Assembly (NCBI GenBank): GCA_017853205.1
Contig: JAFMKB010000006.1
Span: forward strand, 6,906 to 70,905
Length of the DNA: 64,000 nucleotides
Origin: Gammaproteobacteria bacterium
GTDB taxonomy: Bacteria; Pseudomonadota; Gammaproteobacteria; Pseudomonadales; Pseudohongiellaceae
Reading direction: 5' to 3'
Shown here: positions 55,801 to 63,589 of the stretch, one piece after another
How positions within the stretch are numbered: position 1 is the first letter of the stretch
Layout of the letters: each line of letters begins with the position of its first letter
Program-made: the position numbers and the translations under genes
The notes under the pieces: model-generated
Told to the model about the DNA's origin: nothing
Databases searched by the model: none
What the model saw: only the letters and a program-made list of their open reading frames with translations

Positions 55801-56488
55801 GCTCACTCAGGCTCAGGCGGCAACCCGTGACTTGAAGCCGATTCGCGACGAAATGGCGACGAGCAATCGCGTTCTACGCAATGGCATGCTCAACCTTGCC
55901 ATCGATATGGAGCAGGAACTTGGCGAACAGATTCAGCAGCTGGCGCAGAGCCTGGCACAATTAAATCCCTCGCAAACGCAGGATTCCGCGAGCTCGACTC
56001 GGCAAGTAGCAGGGGACGCCCAGCAGCTGCGGCAGCAGATCGAAAGCCTCAGCCAACAGGCTGCCGAATTTAATCAGCGTGGCGAGACGGCGGGCGATGG
56101 AAATGCGCCCTCCCTTGCGCAGATGCGAGAGCAGTTAGAGAGTAGTCAAGCACTTGCCGACAGTCTGTCGCAGCAGCTTGCGCAGCAGCGCGGTGGATCC
56201 GCACAGGCGCTGCGCGGCGACTCCAATACGGTAGGAACAGCGAGATCTATCAGACAGCAGTTGTCTAGGCAGGACATAGAAGCGTTTCTCGCACAGCCTG
56301 AGCTTCTTAAAGCCCTTCTGCAACCCATCGTTGAGCTCGAGGGCGCGTTGCGTGCGCAAGCCGAGTTAGAGAGCGCGGCGACGCAGCTCTATAGCGCGGA
56401 TGACGAAACAATTCCAGACGCCTATCGAGAGCTAGTGGAGCAGTACTATCGAACCCTGTCAGAGGGTGATAGTGGAGGAGTTCGGTAG
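52871..56488 (+). CDS. Giant membrane-anchored Gly/Gln-rich coiled-coil protein (DUF4175/TIGR02302-like)
   Basis: The likely start is the ATG at 52943 (AGGA 5 nt upstream). There are 2-3 N-terminal TM helices and a beta-rich middle. Two poly-Gly tracts lie at nt 54539-54577 and 54950-54970. About 500 aa are Q/E/R/A-rich with heptad-like character, and the C-terminus reads PDAYRELVEQYYRTLSEG. Confidence 0.6.
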   Translation: MARAGLTVARWRFSYIAFNSSRIRMTAPTLDSLRDTLDGLQRRQARLLLARQLGFALVAACAVIAASLVLVANFASSAAAVLLVAIVGTTLIFSICSVAWRQSHRAQVDQKALALYVEEKFPDLEQRLLTSIEFSQAGKKSSQAGVSPAFVEQLINDARSHVDLQRQQVERVGSSRESVIALVAGFSACLALVLLLQEFAQLRQAAQRLVWPFALEETVDVTSTAMPISLLVEPGDIEMQRGSPLTVTVRVENEQPGALTLRLQDDRLNWRDYPMLLDSSDSNGATFSYYLPAVVKDSNYLISLAGEEQSSRQYQINLYDLPEIEQIDVAMDFPDYTGEEDRIEFDGGDIVAAEGTEITLTVTFNKPVARAEIQFSGAESETDREYINGSLDVDGLQATTRFTVASDGVYRITAADLQGLQSESPLDYYIRAIEDQPPQFTLRRPGADRDVMPLEEVVIEVDASDDYGLGEFILNYAVVGEEDKEVDFLPAESVRSAQGSTLLYLEDLAVEPGDFISYYLTLADNNALKGPSEVVSDIYFLEVIPTDQEFRRSQQQGGGGGGGGQGGGESSALVSVQKDIIAATWKLRNRLRDASSTDIEADAEIIAESQREATGRAKMSIDRLSERLSFSDDSYDLAVENLSLAIEQMNLAANDLDSLQITTALKPEQLALQYVLKAEANINRTDISMNQNSGGGGGGGAQQEREDLRELFEMEMGQLENRYETPNSANQAGGTNAEEVNKLEELARRQEALTRAQRALARREQELAEEQRRRELERLRRQQEQLSADVEKLARELAQNGQGQQSQPRNSDSPQQGQQNQQRQLAGQGQQSTQQTGAEQSGDPSAQAAIERALEQMQQAAASDSAAIAAAQGQKALESLRDQQRELSEAGESSVSQIARRLGERGQALVRNQQALQEGLAEASRNQGLGQTRREARRDEALQALLEAQRQQQRDIEEIEDMLRAVVTRGESEDRSLLTQAQAATRDLKPIRDEMATSNRVLRNGMLNLAIDMEQELGEQIQQLAQSLAQLNPSQTQDSASSTRQVAGDAQQLRQQIESLSQQAAEFNQRGETAGDGNAPSLAQMREQLESSQALADSLSQQLAQQRGGSAQALRGDSNTVGTARSIRQQLSRQDIEAFLAQPELLKALLQPIVELEGALRAQAELESAATQLYSADDETIPDAYRELVEQYYRTLSEGDSGGVR

Positions 56489-56490
56489 TT

Positions 56491-58836
56491 ATGCAGTCTT
56501 CCGATCTCTCTTTTTTAGAGGCATTGCGTGCTGGCACACTCAGTTTCGCCTATGGCATTCCGCCTTGGGCCTTCTTCGCCGCGTCGCTCCTCGTGATTGC
56601 ACTCGTCTGGTTTGGCTACACAAAGACGACGAGACCATTAAGCCTGCGCTGGCGCGTTGGGCTCGTCGCTCTCCGGTCTGCGGTGCTCGTGGTTATCATG
56701 GTTTGTTTGCTAAGGCCGGTCGTGATCGATCAGGAGGTCATTCCACAGGAGACTTTTTTCGCGGTCCTCGTCGATAATTCTGCCAGCATGAAAATTGCGG
56801 ATATGCCCGGCGGCCAGACGCGCACGGAGGCTGCAGAAGACTCTCTGTCTCGGACTGGTTTTTTGGATACGCTCGCCGAAGACTACCAATTGCGATTTTT
56901 TGGCTTTGGTGGTGAGACTCGACGGGCGAGTGAACTCGCGACAATTGGCGCTGATTTCGATAATGACGAAGCCGCGATAGCCTTTAGTAAGACTGCTATA
57001 GGCGATGCCCTGAATTATGTCGATGACCAGTTAGGTAGCTTGCCATTGGGCGGTGTTTTGCTGATTAGCGACGGCGCAGACAACAGCGGTACGGATGCTT
57101 CCATCGCTGCTCGCAGATACGCCGCCAGTGGTGTCCCAGTATTTACCCTTGGCGTGGGAATGCCAACACTTCCAAATGACGTTGGCATAGAAGGTGTTTT
57201 AACAACCGAAACCATTTTGGAAGGATCCGTTTTTACAGCTCAAATCCGGCTCGTTCAAGCCGGTTTCGATAACGAGCGAGTTCGTCTTCGTGTTTTCGAT
57301 AATGAGCGTGAGGTAGCTAGCCGTGAAGTAATTCTGGCTCCGGGTGATATTACCCAACGTTTCGAAATTGAACTCACCCCTGAGCGCGACGAGGCAATTG
57401 TTTACCGTTTAGAAGTTGAATTGCTCGATCGCGGTAAGGCAAATCAGGAGCGAGTGCTCGAGAATAATGAGTACGAGTTTCTTGTTGATAACACCCCCAA
57501 GCCCGCTCTCGATATACTTTTCATAGAGGGGCATCCGCGCAACGAGTATAAGTTTATTCAGCGAGCCGTACGGGGAGATAAGTCCTTGCGCCTCGCGACC
57601 TACCTGCGCACAGGGCCAGAAAAATTCTACCGACAGGGAATCGAGTCTCCGACTGAATTAAGCGATGGGTTTCCGCGCGAGCGCGACGCGCTGTTTGAGT
57701 ATGAAGCGATTATTCTCGGCGACATAGAGCAGGAGTTTTTTGATGCCGAGCAACTTGCGCTGCTCGAAGAGTTTGTAGCCGAGCGGGGGGGAGGGCTTCT
57801 GCTATCGGGAAGAGTTGATGAAGGCTTTATCGGTACGCCACTTGCCTCAATTGCGCCCGTGAATTTGGTTGAAGAGTCGCTACTGCCCCAACCTTTGCAG
57901 GGGGGCATTCGTCGCGGTGATCATCCAACCGGTGCGCTTTTTTCGCCGCGGTTGACCGCGGCTGGACGCATTTCACCGCTGCTGCGGCTCGTCGCCGAAG
58001 AGACTGCGAATAGGGATTTTTGGTCGCAGTTGCCGCCTCTTCAGGGGGTCTATGTAAGTGGCCGAATCAAGCCCGGCGCCTCAGTATTGCTCGAACATCC
58101 GGGCCTCGAGTATCAGAATCAGCCGCTGCCAATTATTGTTTCGCAGCGATACGGTTCTGGCAGAAGTATGAGTGTTGCTACCGCAAGCACATGGCGCTGG
58201 CAGATGATGCTACCTGTTGCCGATCAAACTCAGGAAAAGCTCTGGCGGCAACTGCTCAGGTGGCTTGCAGTTGGTGCTAAAGAGCGCATTACACTCAGTT
58301 TCGATCGGGAATCCTATAATGTTGGTGACACGGTAAGAGTCGAAGCAACTGTCCGTGACGCGAGCTACAACGCCGACAATGATGCGACATTATGGTTACA
58401 ACGCGAAGACCCACTTGGTGCTCTCAGCGAAATCCCCATGCAGTGGCTGATTAAGGAGGAGGGCGTCTATAGTGCGGAGTTCCTCGCAGAAGATGTAGGT
58501 GTGAATAATCTGCGAATCGACGTCACAAGTGCTGCCGGAGAAGGGCGTGCGGAAAACACCGAGGCGAGTGCATCACTCGTCGTGACTCCCTCACTGCGTG
58601 AATATTCGAATCCAGGACTCGACGCAGGCATTCTCCAACGACTAGCTGACACGACAGGCGGAGATTACGCCACCATTGACAATGCCGCGTCGCTCATCTC
58701 TTCCATTCGCAACACGCCGAACGCCTATTCCAAGGAGGTGATGACAGACCTTTGGGATAGTCCTTGGCTACTTGGGTTGCTCATTTTGTTGCTGTGTCTG
58801 GATTGGACGCTGCGTCGCAGCAAGGGGCTGTCTTAG
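56491..58836 (+). CDS. BatA-type double-TM-anchored protein with VWA-like and GATase1-like domains and a C-terminal TM
   Basis: ATG 2 nt after the upstream stop, with GGAGGAG 10 nt upstream. Two N-terminal TMs and MIDAS-like DNSAS (nt 56773-56787) with ..LLISDGADNSG. A GATase1-like block reads ILFIEGHPRNEYKF..AIILGD..ERGGGLLLSGR. The tail TM is WLLGLLILLLCLDW. Confidence 0.65.
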   Translation: MQSSDLSFLEALRAGTLSFAYGIPPWAFFAASLLVIALVWFGYTKTTRPLSLRWRVGLVALRSAVLVVIMVCLLRPVVIDQEVIPQETFFAVLVDNSASMKIADMPGGQTRTEAAEDSLSRTGFLDTLAEDYQLRFFGFGGETRRASELATIGADFDNDEAAIAFSKTAIGDALNYVDDQLGSLPLGGVLLISDGADNSGTDASIAARRYAASGVPVFTLGVGMPTLPNDVGIEGVLTTETILEGSVFTAQIRLVQAGFDNERVRLRVFDNEREVASREVILAPGDITQRFEIELTPERDEAIVYRLEVELLDRGKANQERVLENNEYEFLVDNTPKPALDILFIEGHPRNEYKFIQRAVRGDKSLRLATYLRTGPEKFYRQGIESPTELSDGFPRERDALFEYEAIILGDIEQEFFDAEQLALLEEFVAERGGGLLLSGRVDEGFIGTPLASIAPVNLVEESLLPQPLQGGIRRGDHPTGALFSPRLTAAGRISPLLRLVAEETANRDFWSQLPPLQGVYVSGRIKPGASVLLEHPGLEYQNQPLPIIVSQRYGSGRSMSVATASTWRWQMMLPVADQTQEKLWRQLLRWLAVGAKERITLSFDRESYNVGDTVRVEATVRDASYNADNDATLWLQREDPLGALSEIPMQWLIKEEGVYSAEFLAEDVGVNNLRIDVTSAAGEGRAENTEASASLVVTPSLREYSNPGLDAGILQRLADTTGGDYATIDNAASLISSIRNTPNAYSKEVMTDLWDSPWLLGLLILLLCLDWTLRRSKGLS

Positions 58837-59876
58837 TGAAACGCCTGCTTAGCAAAGCGCTGGCGCCAGCGTTGTTAATTCTTGGTCCACTGACCGCGAT
58901 AGGTCAGAGTGGAGAACACCGTGAATTATTCGCGCAATCAGCGACTACGTCAAAGTATGCAATGATCCTAACCGGTGCCACGGTCGGTCAAGAAAACGAA
59001 GCAAAGTTCCGCCAACTTTCTCTTTCTCTTCACGATATTCTCGCGAGTGATTATGGCTATAGCACCGCTGGGATAGAGCTTCTACTGAGCGAAACCAATG
59101 CTGATTCGCGTGCAGATGGAATGTCGGACAGAGACGGGATAATTGCGAGCTTAAGCAGGCTGAAGGAAAAACTAAAAACTGGCGACCAGCTCGCTGTTTT
59201 TATGCTCGGTCATGGCACGGGTGCCGATGATGAAGCGAAATTTAATCTCCGTGGGCCAGACCTTACCGGCGTGGAATTTGCCCGTTTGTTCGATGGCTTT
59301 GCCGAGCAAGACCTAATTTTCGTAAATACAACGAGTGCGAGCTACGGATTCTCCACGGCTCTTGCTCGTGAAGTGGCAGGAGAAGGACGCATTGTCATTT
59401 CTGCCACTCGCTCTTCATCGGAGAAATTTGACCCTTATTTCCCGCGTTATTTTATCGAGGGTTTGGCTGATAAGCGCGCCGATCGCGATAAAAACACTCG
59501 AGTTTCGTTACTCGAAGCGTTCACCTACGCAAAGAATAACGTCGAAGAATTTTACGAAGAATCAGGCAGGCTGGCTGCCGAGCATGCCGGGCTAGACGAC
59601 AATGGCGACGCTCTCTTCGCTCTTGCACCAGCGCCTGGCGAAAGCGACGGGAGCCTCGCAGAGATTGCGTTTATCGATGCCGCGGATGCGGACGATGACA
59701 CCTTGTCTGCAGAACGTTTAGCGCTTAAACGACGGATGCAAACACTTGAGCGCAATATATTACTTCTGCGTGGCCGCAAGGCGGAATATCTAGAAGGCGA
59801 CTATTGGCTGCAACTTGAGACTTTACTTGTTGATCTTGCAAAAACGACGGAGCAATTCAATGTTCAAGCGCCCTGA
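58836..59876 (+). CDS. Secreted legumain/caspase-like (peptidase C13-like) protein lacking the expected catalytic Cys
   Basis: The GTG at 58836 overlaps the upstream TAG (TAGTG). Signal peptide KRLLSKALAPALLILGPLTAIGQS. FMLGHGTG (His at nt 59211) is followed by IFVNTTSASYGF (nt 59322-59342) where C13 enzymes carry ..ACxSG. The track start at 58764 lies inside the upstream gene. Confidence 0.5.
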   Translation: MKRLLSKALAPALLILGPLTAIGQSGEHRELFAQSATTSKYAMILTGATVGQENEAKFRQLSLSLHDILASDYGYSTAGIELLLSETNADSRADGMSDRDGIIASLSRLKEKLKTGDQLAVFMLGHGTGADDEAKFNLRGPDLTGVEFARLFDGFAEQDLIFVNTTSASYGFSTALAREVAGEGRIVISATRSSSEKFDPYFPRYFIEGLADKRADRDKNTRVSLLEAFTYAKNNVEEFYEESGRLAAEHAGLDDNGDALFALAPAPGESDGSLAEIAFIDAADADDDTLSAERLALKRRMQTLERNILLLRGRKAEYLEGDYWLQLETLLVDLAKTTEQFNVQAP

Positions 59877-62610
59877 TACTTTTTTAATAGACGCGGCGAA
59901 ACGCAGACCCTCGCGCGTAAAATGCTGCCTCTATGCCGTTATCTATTCTGTAGTATTTATTACGTCGCATGCGACGGCACAGAGCTTGAATGATGTCTTA
60001 GCGGATGCCGATTCTCCTTTAGCGCAAGGAGAGCAATTGTTTCTTCGTGGATCCTATGCCGCGGCGAGTGACGCATTTATGCGTGCGCAAGGTTTGGACC
60101 TAGAAGAGGGTATTGTTGGCGCGAGTCGGTCGTTAGCAATGATGGGTGATAGGGCGCAGGCGATCGCGGTTTGTGAAAAAGCCTTGGCGAACGCCACACC
60201 GCCAGATTTGCCTCTAATCGCAACTCAACTCGCTGAATTGAGACTCGCGCAGGGAGAGTCTGCGCGCGCACTCACGTTATTTTCACAAATTGATGCGGGT
60301 CTCGATCAGCCGCCGCTCCGCACTCTCGTTAAAAACGGTGAAGCGTTGCAATTGGTCGGTCGACGCGATGACGCTAAATCGCAGCTTCAGCGTGCACTCG
60401 ATCGCTACACTGATGGCCTAGTTTTTTCCTCTCAAGATATTGGGATGGTCGCGCGCGCAAGTTGGCTTCTTGGCGAATACCATGATGCGAATAGTCTTTT
60501 CAGCGAGGCGACGAGACTCGACCCAAATAATCTCGAAGCGCAGACCCTTTGGGGGGACTTATTCCTCGAAAAATACAATGCGGCTGATGCGCAGCGATCC
60601 TACCAAGATGTACTTACGATAAACGCGCGCTATTTGCCGGCACTTGCCGGCATTGCACGCGTCAGCGGCGACATGGGAGCATTGGAGCGTGCTCTTTCAA
60701 TTAATCCGAACTACGTTCCTGCGCTCGAGGTACAGGCGCAGCTATTTTTTGTTAACGACAGGGAAGACGACGCGCTTGCCACGATAAATAGTGTACTCGA
60801 GCTAAATCCAGAATCGCTAAAAAGCCTAAGTCTTCTGGGAGCAAAAGCCGCCCTTGAGGAGCGCCTTCAGGACTTCGCCGAAATCCGTGCGCGCGTTGAC
60901 GCCTTCAGTCCTTCGAATCCCCAGTTTCTTGGCGACGTTGCCGACACGCTCGGTCGTCAGTATCGATTTGTCGAGGCTGTGGCTTTGGCGCGCGAGGCAA
61001 TCGCATCGGACCCAAGCTATTGGCAAGGCTACACGCTTCTAGGAAGTAATCTTATCCGCCTAGGTGAGGAGGTCGAGGGGCGTGAAAATTTAGAGATTGG
61101 TTTCGATAACGATCCATTCAACGTCATGACCTCGAATATGCTCAAGGTGTATGACACGCTCGACAGCTATGTGACAGTTGAAAGTGAGCATTTCAAAGTA
61201 AATTTATCTGAGAAAGATGAACAGATTTTATGGCCCTATCTGGAGCCATTGCTCGAAGAGAGTTGGGACACGCTAACCGCAAAATACGGATTCGAACCAG
61301 AAGGACCAATACTCATTCAGGTATTCGAGAACTCGCAGGATTTCGCCGTCCGCTCCGTCGGGCTTCCCGATATTGGTCCGCTTGTGGGTATCTGTTTTGG
61401 GAAGGTTATTACGCTAATCTCGCCTGATACTCTGTCGGCAAACTGGCAGGAGATTGTATGGCACGAGTTCGCGCATGTGATAACGCTACAGATGACTGGC
61501 AACAAATTACCGCGCTGGTTATCAGAAGGGATATCGGTGTGGGAAGAGCGCGAGGGAAGGCCCTATTGGGGACGGAGCCAAGGGCTCGACTTAGTGAGAG
61601 CGTGGGAGCAGGGTAAACTCCTCCCGTTCGCAGATTTAAATAAAGGCTTTAGCGGTGCACAAAATAGTGCGGATCTGGGCTTCGCCTATTTTCAATCGTA
61701 TTTGGTTATTGACTATATAACGCGAGAATATGGCTTCGAGGGTCTGCGTTCCCTGGTGATGCAATACGACGAAATAAAATCAGACGCTGAGAGATTTAGC
61801 GACGCGTTCTCAATTTCACTAGAAGATTTCGACGCGGGGTTTCTCTCTTGGGTCGAGCAGCGAGTTGCTGAGATAGACGTCTACGTACACAAAGAAGACG
61901 CCCCTGATGAAGGCGAGGGCCATGGTCATGGCGTGCGCGAAAATTCGAGCGCGATTCTTGCCGAACTTTATAACAATGCGTCGCTAAAGCAGCACATGAG
62001 CGCGCGCATCGAAGCAAATCCGAAGGACTTTCAGGCGTACCTCCAGATGGGTATCGTGCTGTTTAAGGAAGAGGCATTTGACGAAGCAAAAGTTTACTTA
62101 GACGCAGCCTACGCCATGCTCCCAGAATATACTGGTTACCCGAGTCCGCCGCTCGTGCTTGCGCAGATCTACGAGAAAGAAGGCAATGAGGCTGCTCGCC
62201 TCGAGCAACTCAGTCTGCTGCTCGAGAATCAGCAGCATGACTACAGTTCAGCGATCACTTTAGCCGAGGCAGCTTTCGCTAGCGACGACCTAGAGCGCGC
62301 AGCTTACTTTATTGACCGAGCCATTCAGGTAGATCCTTATCGCCGCGAAGTCCACGACTTACGGGCGCGTCTAGCCTCTCTGCAGAACGACACTGCGTTA
62401 GCGGTGCTCGAAAACGAAGTCATTGTGACTCTCGAGGTCGATGACCCCGTCGAGGCGCGAACTAATCTGGCAGAGGCGTATTTAAACAATGGCGAATTGG
62501 AGTTGGCCAAGCGCAACGTGCTGAGCGCATTAGAGATCGCACCGAGCTATGTTCGCGCGCAAAAAGTTCTCCTGCGCGCAGTCGATGGAGCGAGCGGAAA
62601 CAATGACTAG
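59860..62610 (+). CDS. TPR-repeat protein with an embedded gluzincin (peptidase MA-like) domain
   Basis: The likely ATG at 59860 (GGAG 7 nt upstream) overlaps the upstream gene by 17 nt. Signal/anchor segment. TPR-like repeats lie both N- and C-terminal to WHEFAHV (HEFAH at nt 61462-61476), with LSEGISVWEE providing the third-ligand Glu. Confidence 0.65.
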   Translation: MFKRPDTFLIDAAKRRPSRVKCCLYAVIYSVVFITSHATAQSLNDVLADADSPLAQGEQLFLRGSYAAASDAFMRAQGLDLEEGIVGASRSLAMMGDRAQAIAVCEKALANATPPDLPLIATQLAELRLAQGESARALTLFSQIDAGLDQPPLRTLVKNGEALQLVGRRDDAKSQLQRALDRYTDGLVFSSQDIGMVARASWLLGEYHDANSLFSEATRLDPNNLEAQTLWGDLFLEKYNAADAQRSYQDVLTINARYLPALAGIARVSGDMGALERALSINPNYVPALEVQAQLFFVNDREDDALATINSVLELNPESLKSLSLLGAKAALEERLQDFAEIRARVDAFSPSNPQFLGDVADTLGRQYRFVEAVALAREAIASDPSYWQGYTLLGSNLIRLGEEVEGRENLEIGFDNDPFNVMTSNMLKVYDTLDSYVTVESEHFKVNLSEKDEQILWPYLEPLLEESWDTLTAKYGFEPEGPILIQVFENSQDFAVRSVGLPDIGPLVGICFGKVITLISPDTLSANWQEIVWHEFAHVITLQMTGNKLPRWLSEGISVWEEREGRPYWGRSQGLDLVRAWEQGKLLPFADLNKGFSGAQNSADLGFAYFQSYLVIDYITREYGFEGLRSLVMQYDEIKSDAERFSDAFSISLEDFDAGFLSWVEQRVAEIDVYVHKEDAPDEGEGHGHGVRENSSAILAELYNNASLKQHMSARIEANPKDFQAYLQMGIVLFKEEAFDEAKVYLDAAYAMLPEYTGYPSPPLVLAQIYEKEGNEAARLEQLSLLLENQQHDYSSAITLAEAAFASDDLERAAYFIDRAIQVDPYRREVHDLRARLASLQNDTALAVLENEVIVTLEVDDPVEARTNLAEAYLNNGELELAKRNVLSALEIAPSYVRAQKVLLRAVDGASGNND

Positions 62611-62612
62611 AT

Positions 62613-63533
62613 GTGAGAGGCTCGCGTCGTCTCGGGGGCAGCAACCCGGTGAGTAAAGGCACACGCGAGCATAAGTCAACGAGCAGAACTGGCGCCGCTA
62701 TAGGTCTGTTTTTCTGTGTTGTCGCACCATTGTTCGCTTTTTCTTCCGACGCGCTCTCACAAAATTTACGATTCGATGAACTTGTCCCCGATGCTGAGGA
62801 TCTGTCGGTATACGGCGACGAAATCACCGAGTTCCAATGGGTGCGTGGGCGCTATACGAATCATGGTGCCGGTCGAGGCGGGTTTGGTCGGCGCGGCGGT
62901 GGTTGGTGGGATACTGACTTTCCAGATTCTGATGAGAATTTTCTTCGAGGTGTGCAGCGCTATACAAACGTCGATACCAATCCTCGCAATTACACGTTTG
63001 TTGAATTAACTGATCCGCGTCTCTTCGAAAATATTTTTCTTTACATGAACTGGAAGCGTGTCCCCATCGGCTATCCGATGAGTGGTCCTAATTTTACTGC
63101 ACCCGAGGTCGAGGCGCTGCGCGAGTTTATGCTCCGAGGCGGTTTCGTGCTAGTCGACGACTTTTGGGGGCAGCCACATCTTGATGATATGTTTGTCGAG
63201 ATCCGAAAAATTTTCCCTGAGCGCGAGATTGTTCGGCTTGAGTCGGATCACGAGGTCTTTCATATTTTCTTTGATATCGATGAAGTCGCTCAGGTGCCTG
63301 GAAGGATGGTGACGTGGGATTATGGTGGTTTCCTCAATAAAGATGACCCTCAGTATCCGCCAGCAGTCTATGCTGTTTTAGACGACGACGGCAGGGTGAT
63401 GCTTGCGGCTAATTACAACACCGATCTCGGCGATGGTTGGGAGCATACGTTTTATGCGGGCTACCCCACACAGTCGACTAACGATGCCTATAAGATAGGA
63501 ATAAATTATTTGATCTATGCGTTTAGCCATTAA
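62613..63533 (+). CDS. DUF4159-domain protein, exported
   Basis: The GTG is 2 nt after the upstream stop (an alternative GTG lies at 62649). Signal peptide AAIGLFFCVVAPLFAFSSDA. The LYMNWKRVP..FTAPEVEALREFMLRGGFVLVDDFWG block is typical of DUF4159. Confidence 0.6.
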   Translation: MRGSRRLGGSNPVSKGTREHKSTSRTGAAIGLFFCVVAPLFAFSSDALSQNLRFDELVPDAEDLSVYGDEITEFQWVRGRYTNHGAGRGGFGRRGGGWWDTDFPDSDENFLRGVQRYTNVDTNPRNYTFVELTDPRLFENIFLYMNWKRVPIGYPMSGPNFTAPEVEALREFMLRGGFVLVDDFWGQPHLDDMFVEIRKIFPEREIVRLESDHEVFHIFFDIDEVAQVPGRMVTWDYGGFLNKDDPQYPPAVYAVLDDDGRVMLAANYNTDLGDGWEHTFYAGYPTQSTNDAYKIGINYLIYAFSH

Positions 63534-63589
63534 TCTTCGTTTGGCATATCGTTAACTAACAGGCACAGAATTTAATACAGGACTCGACA

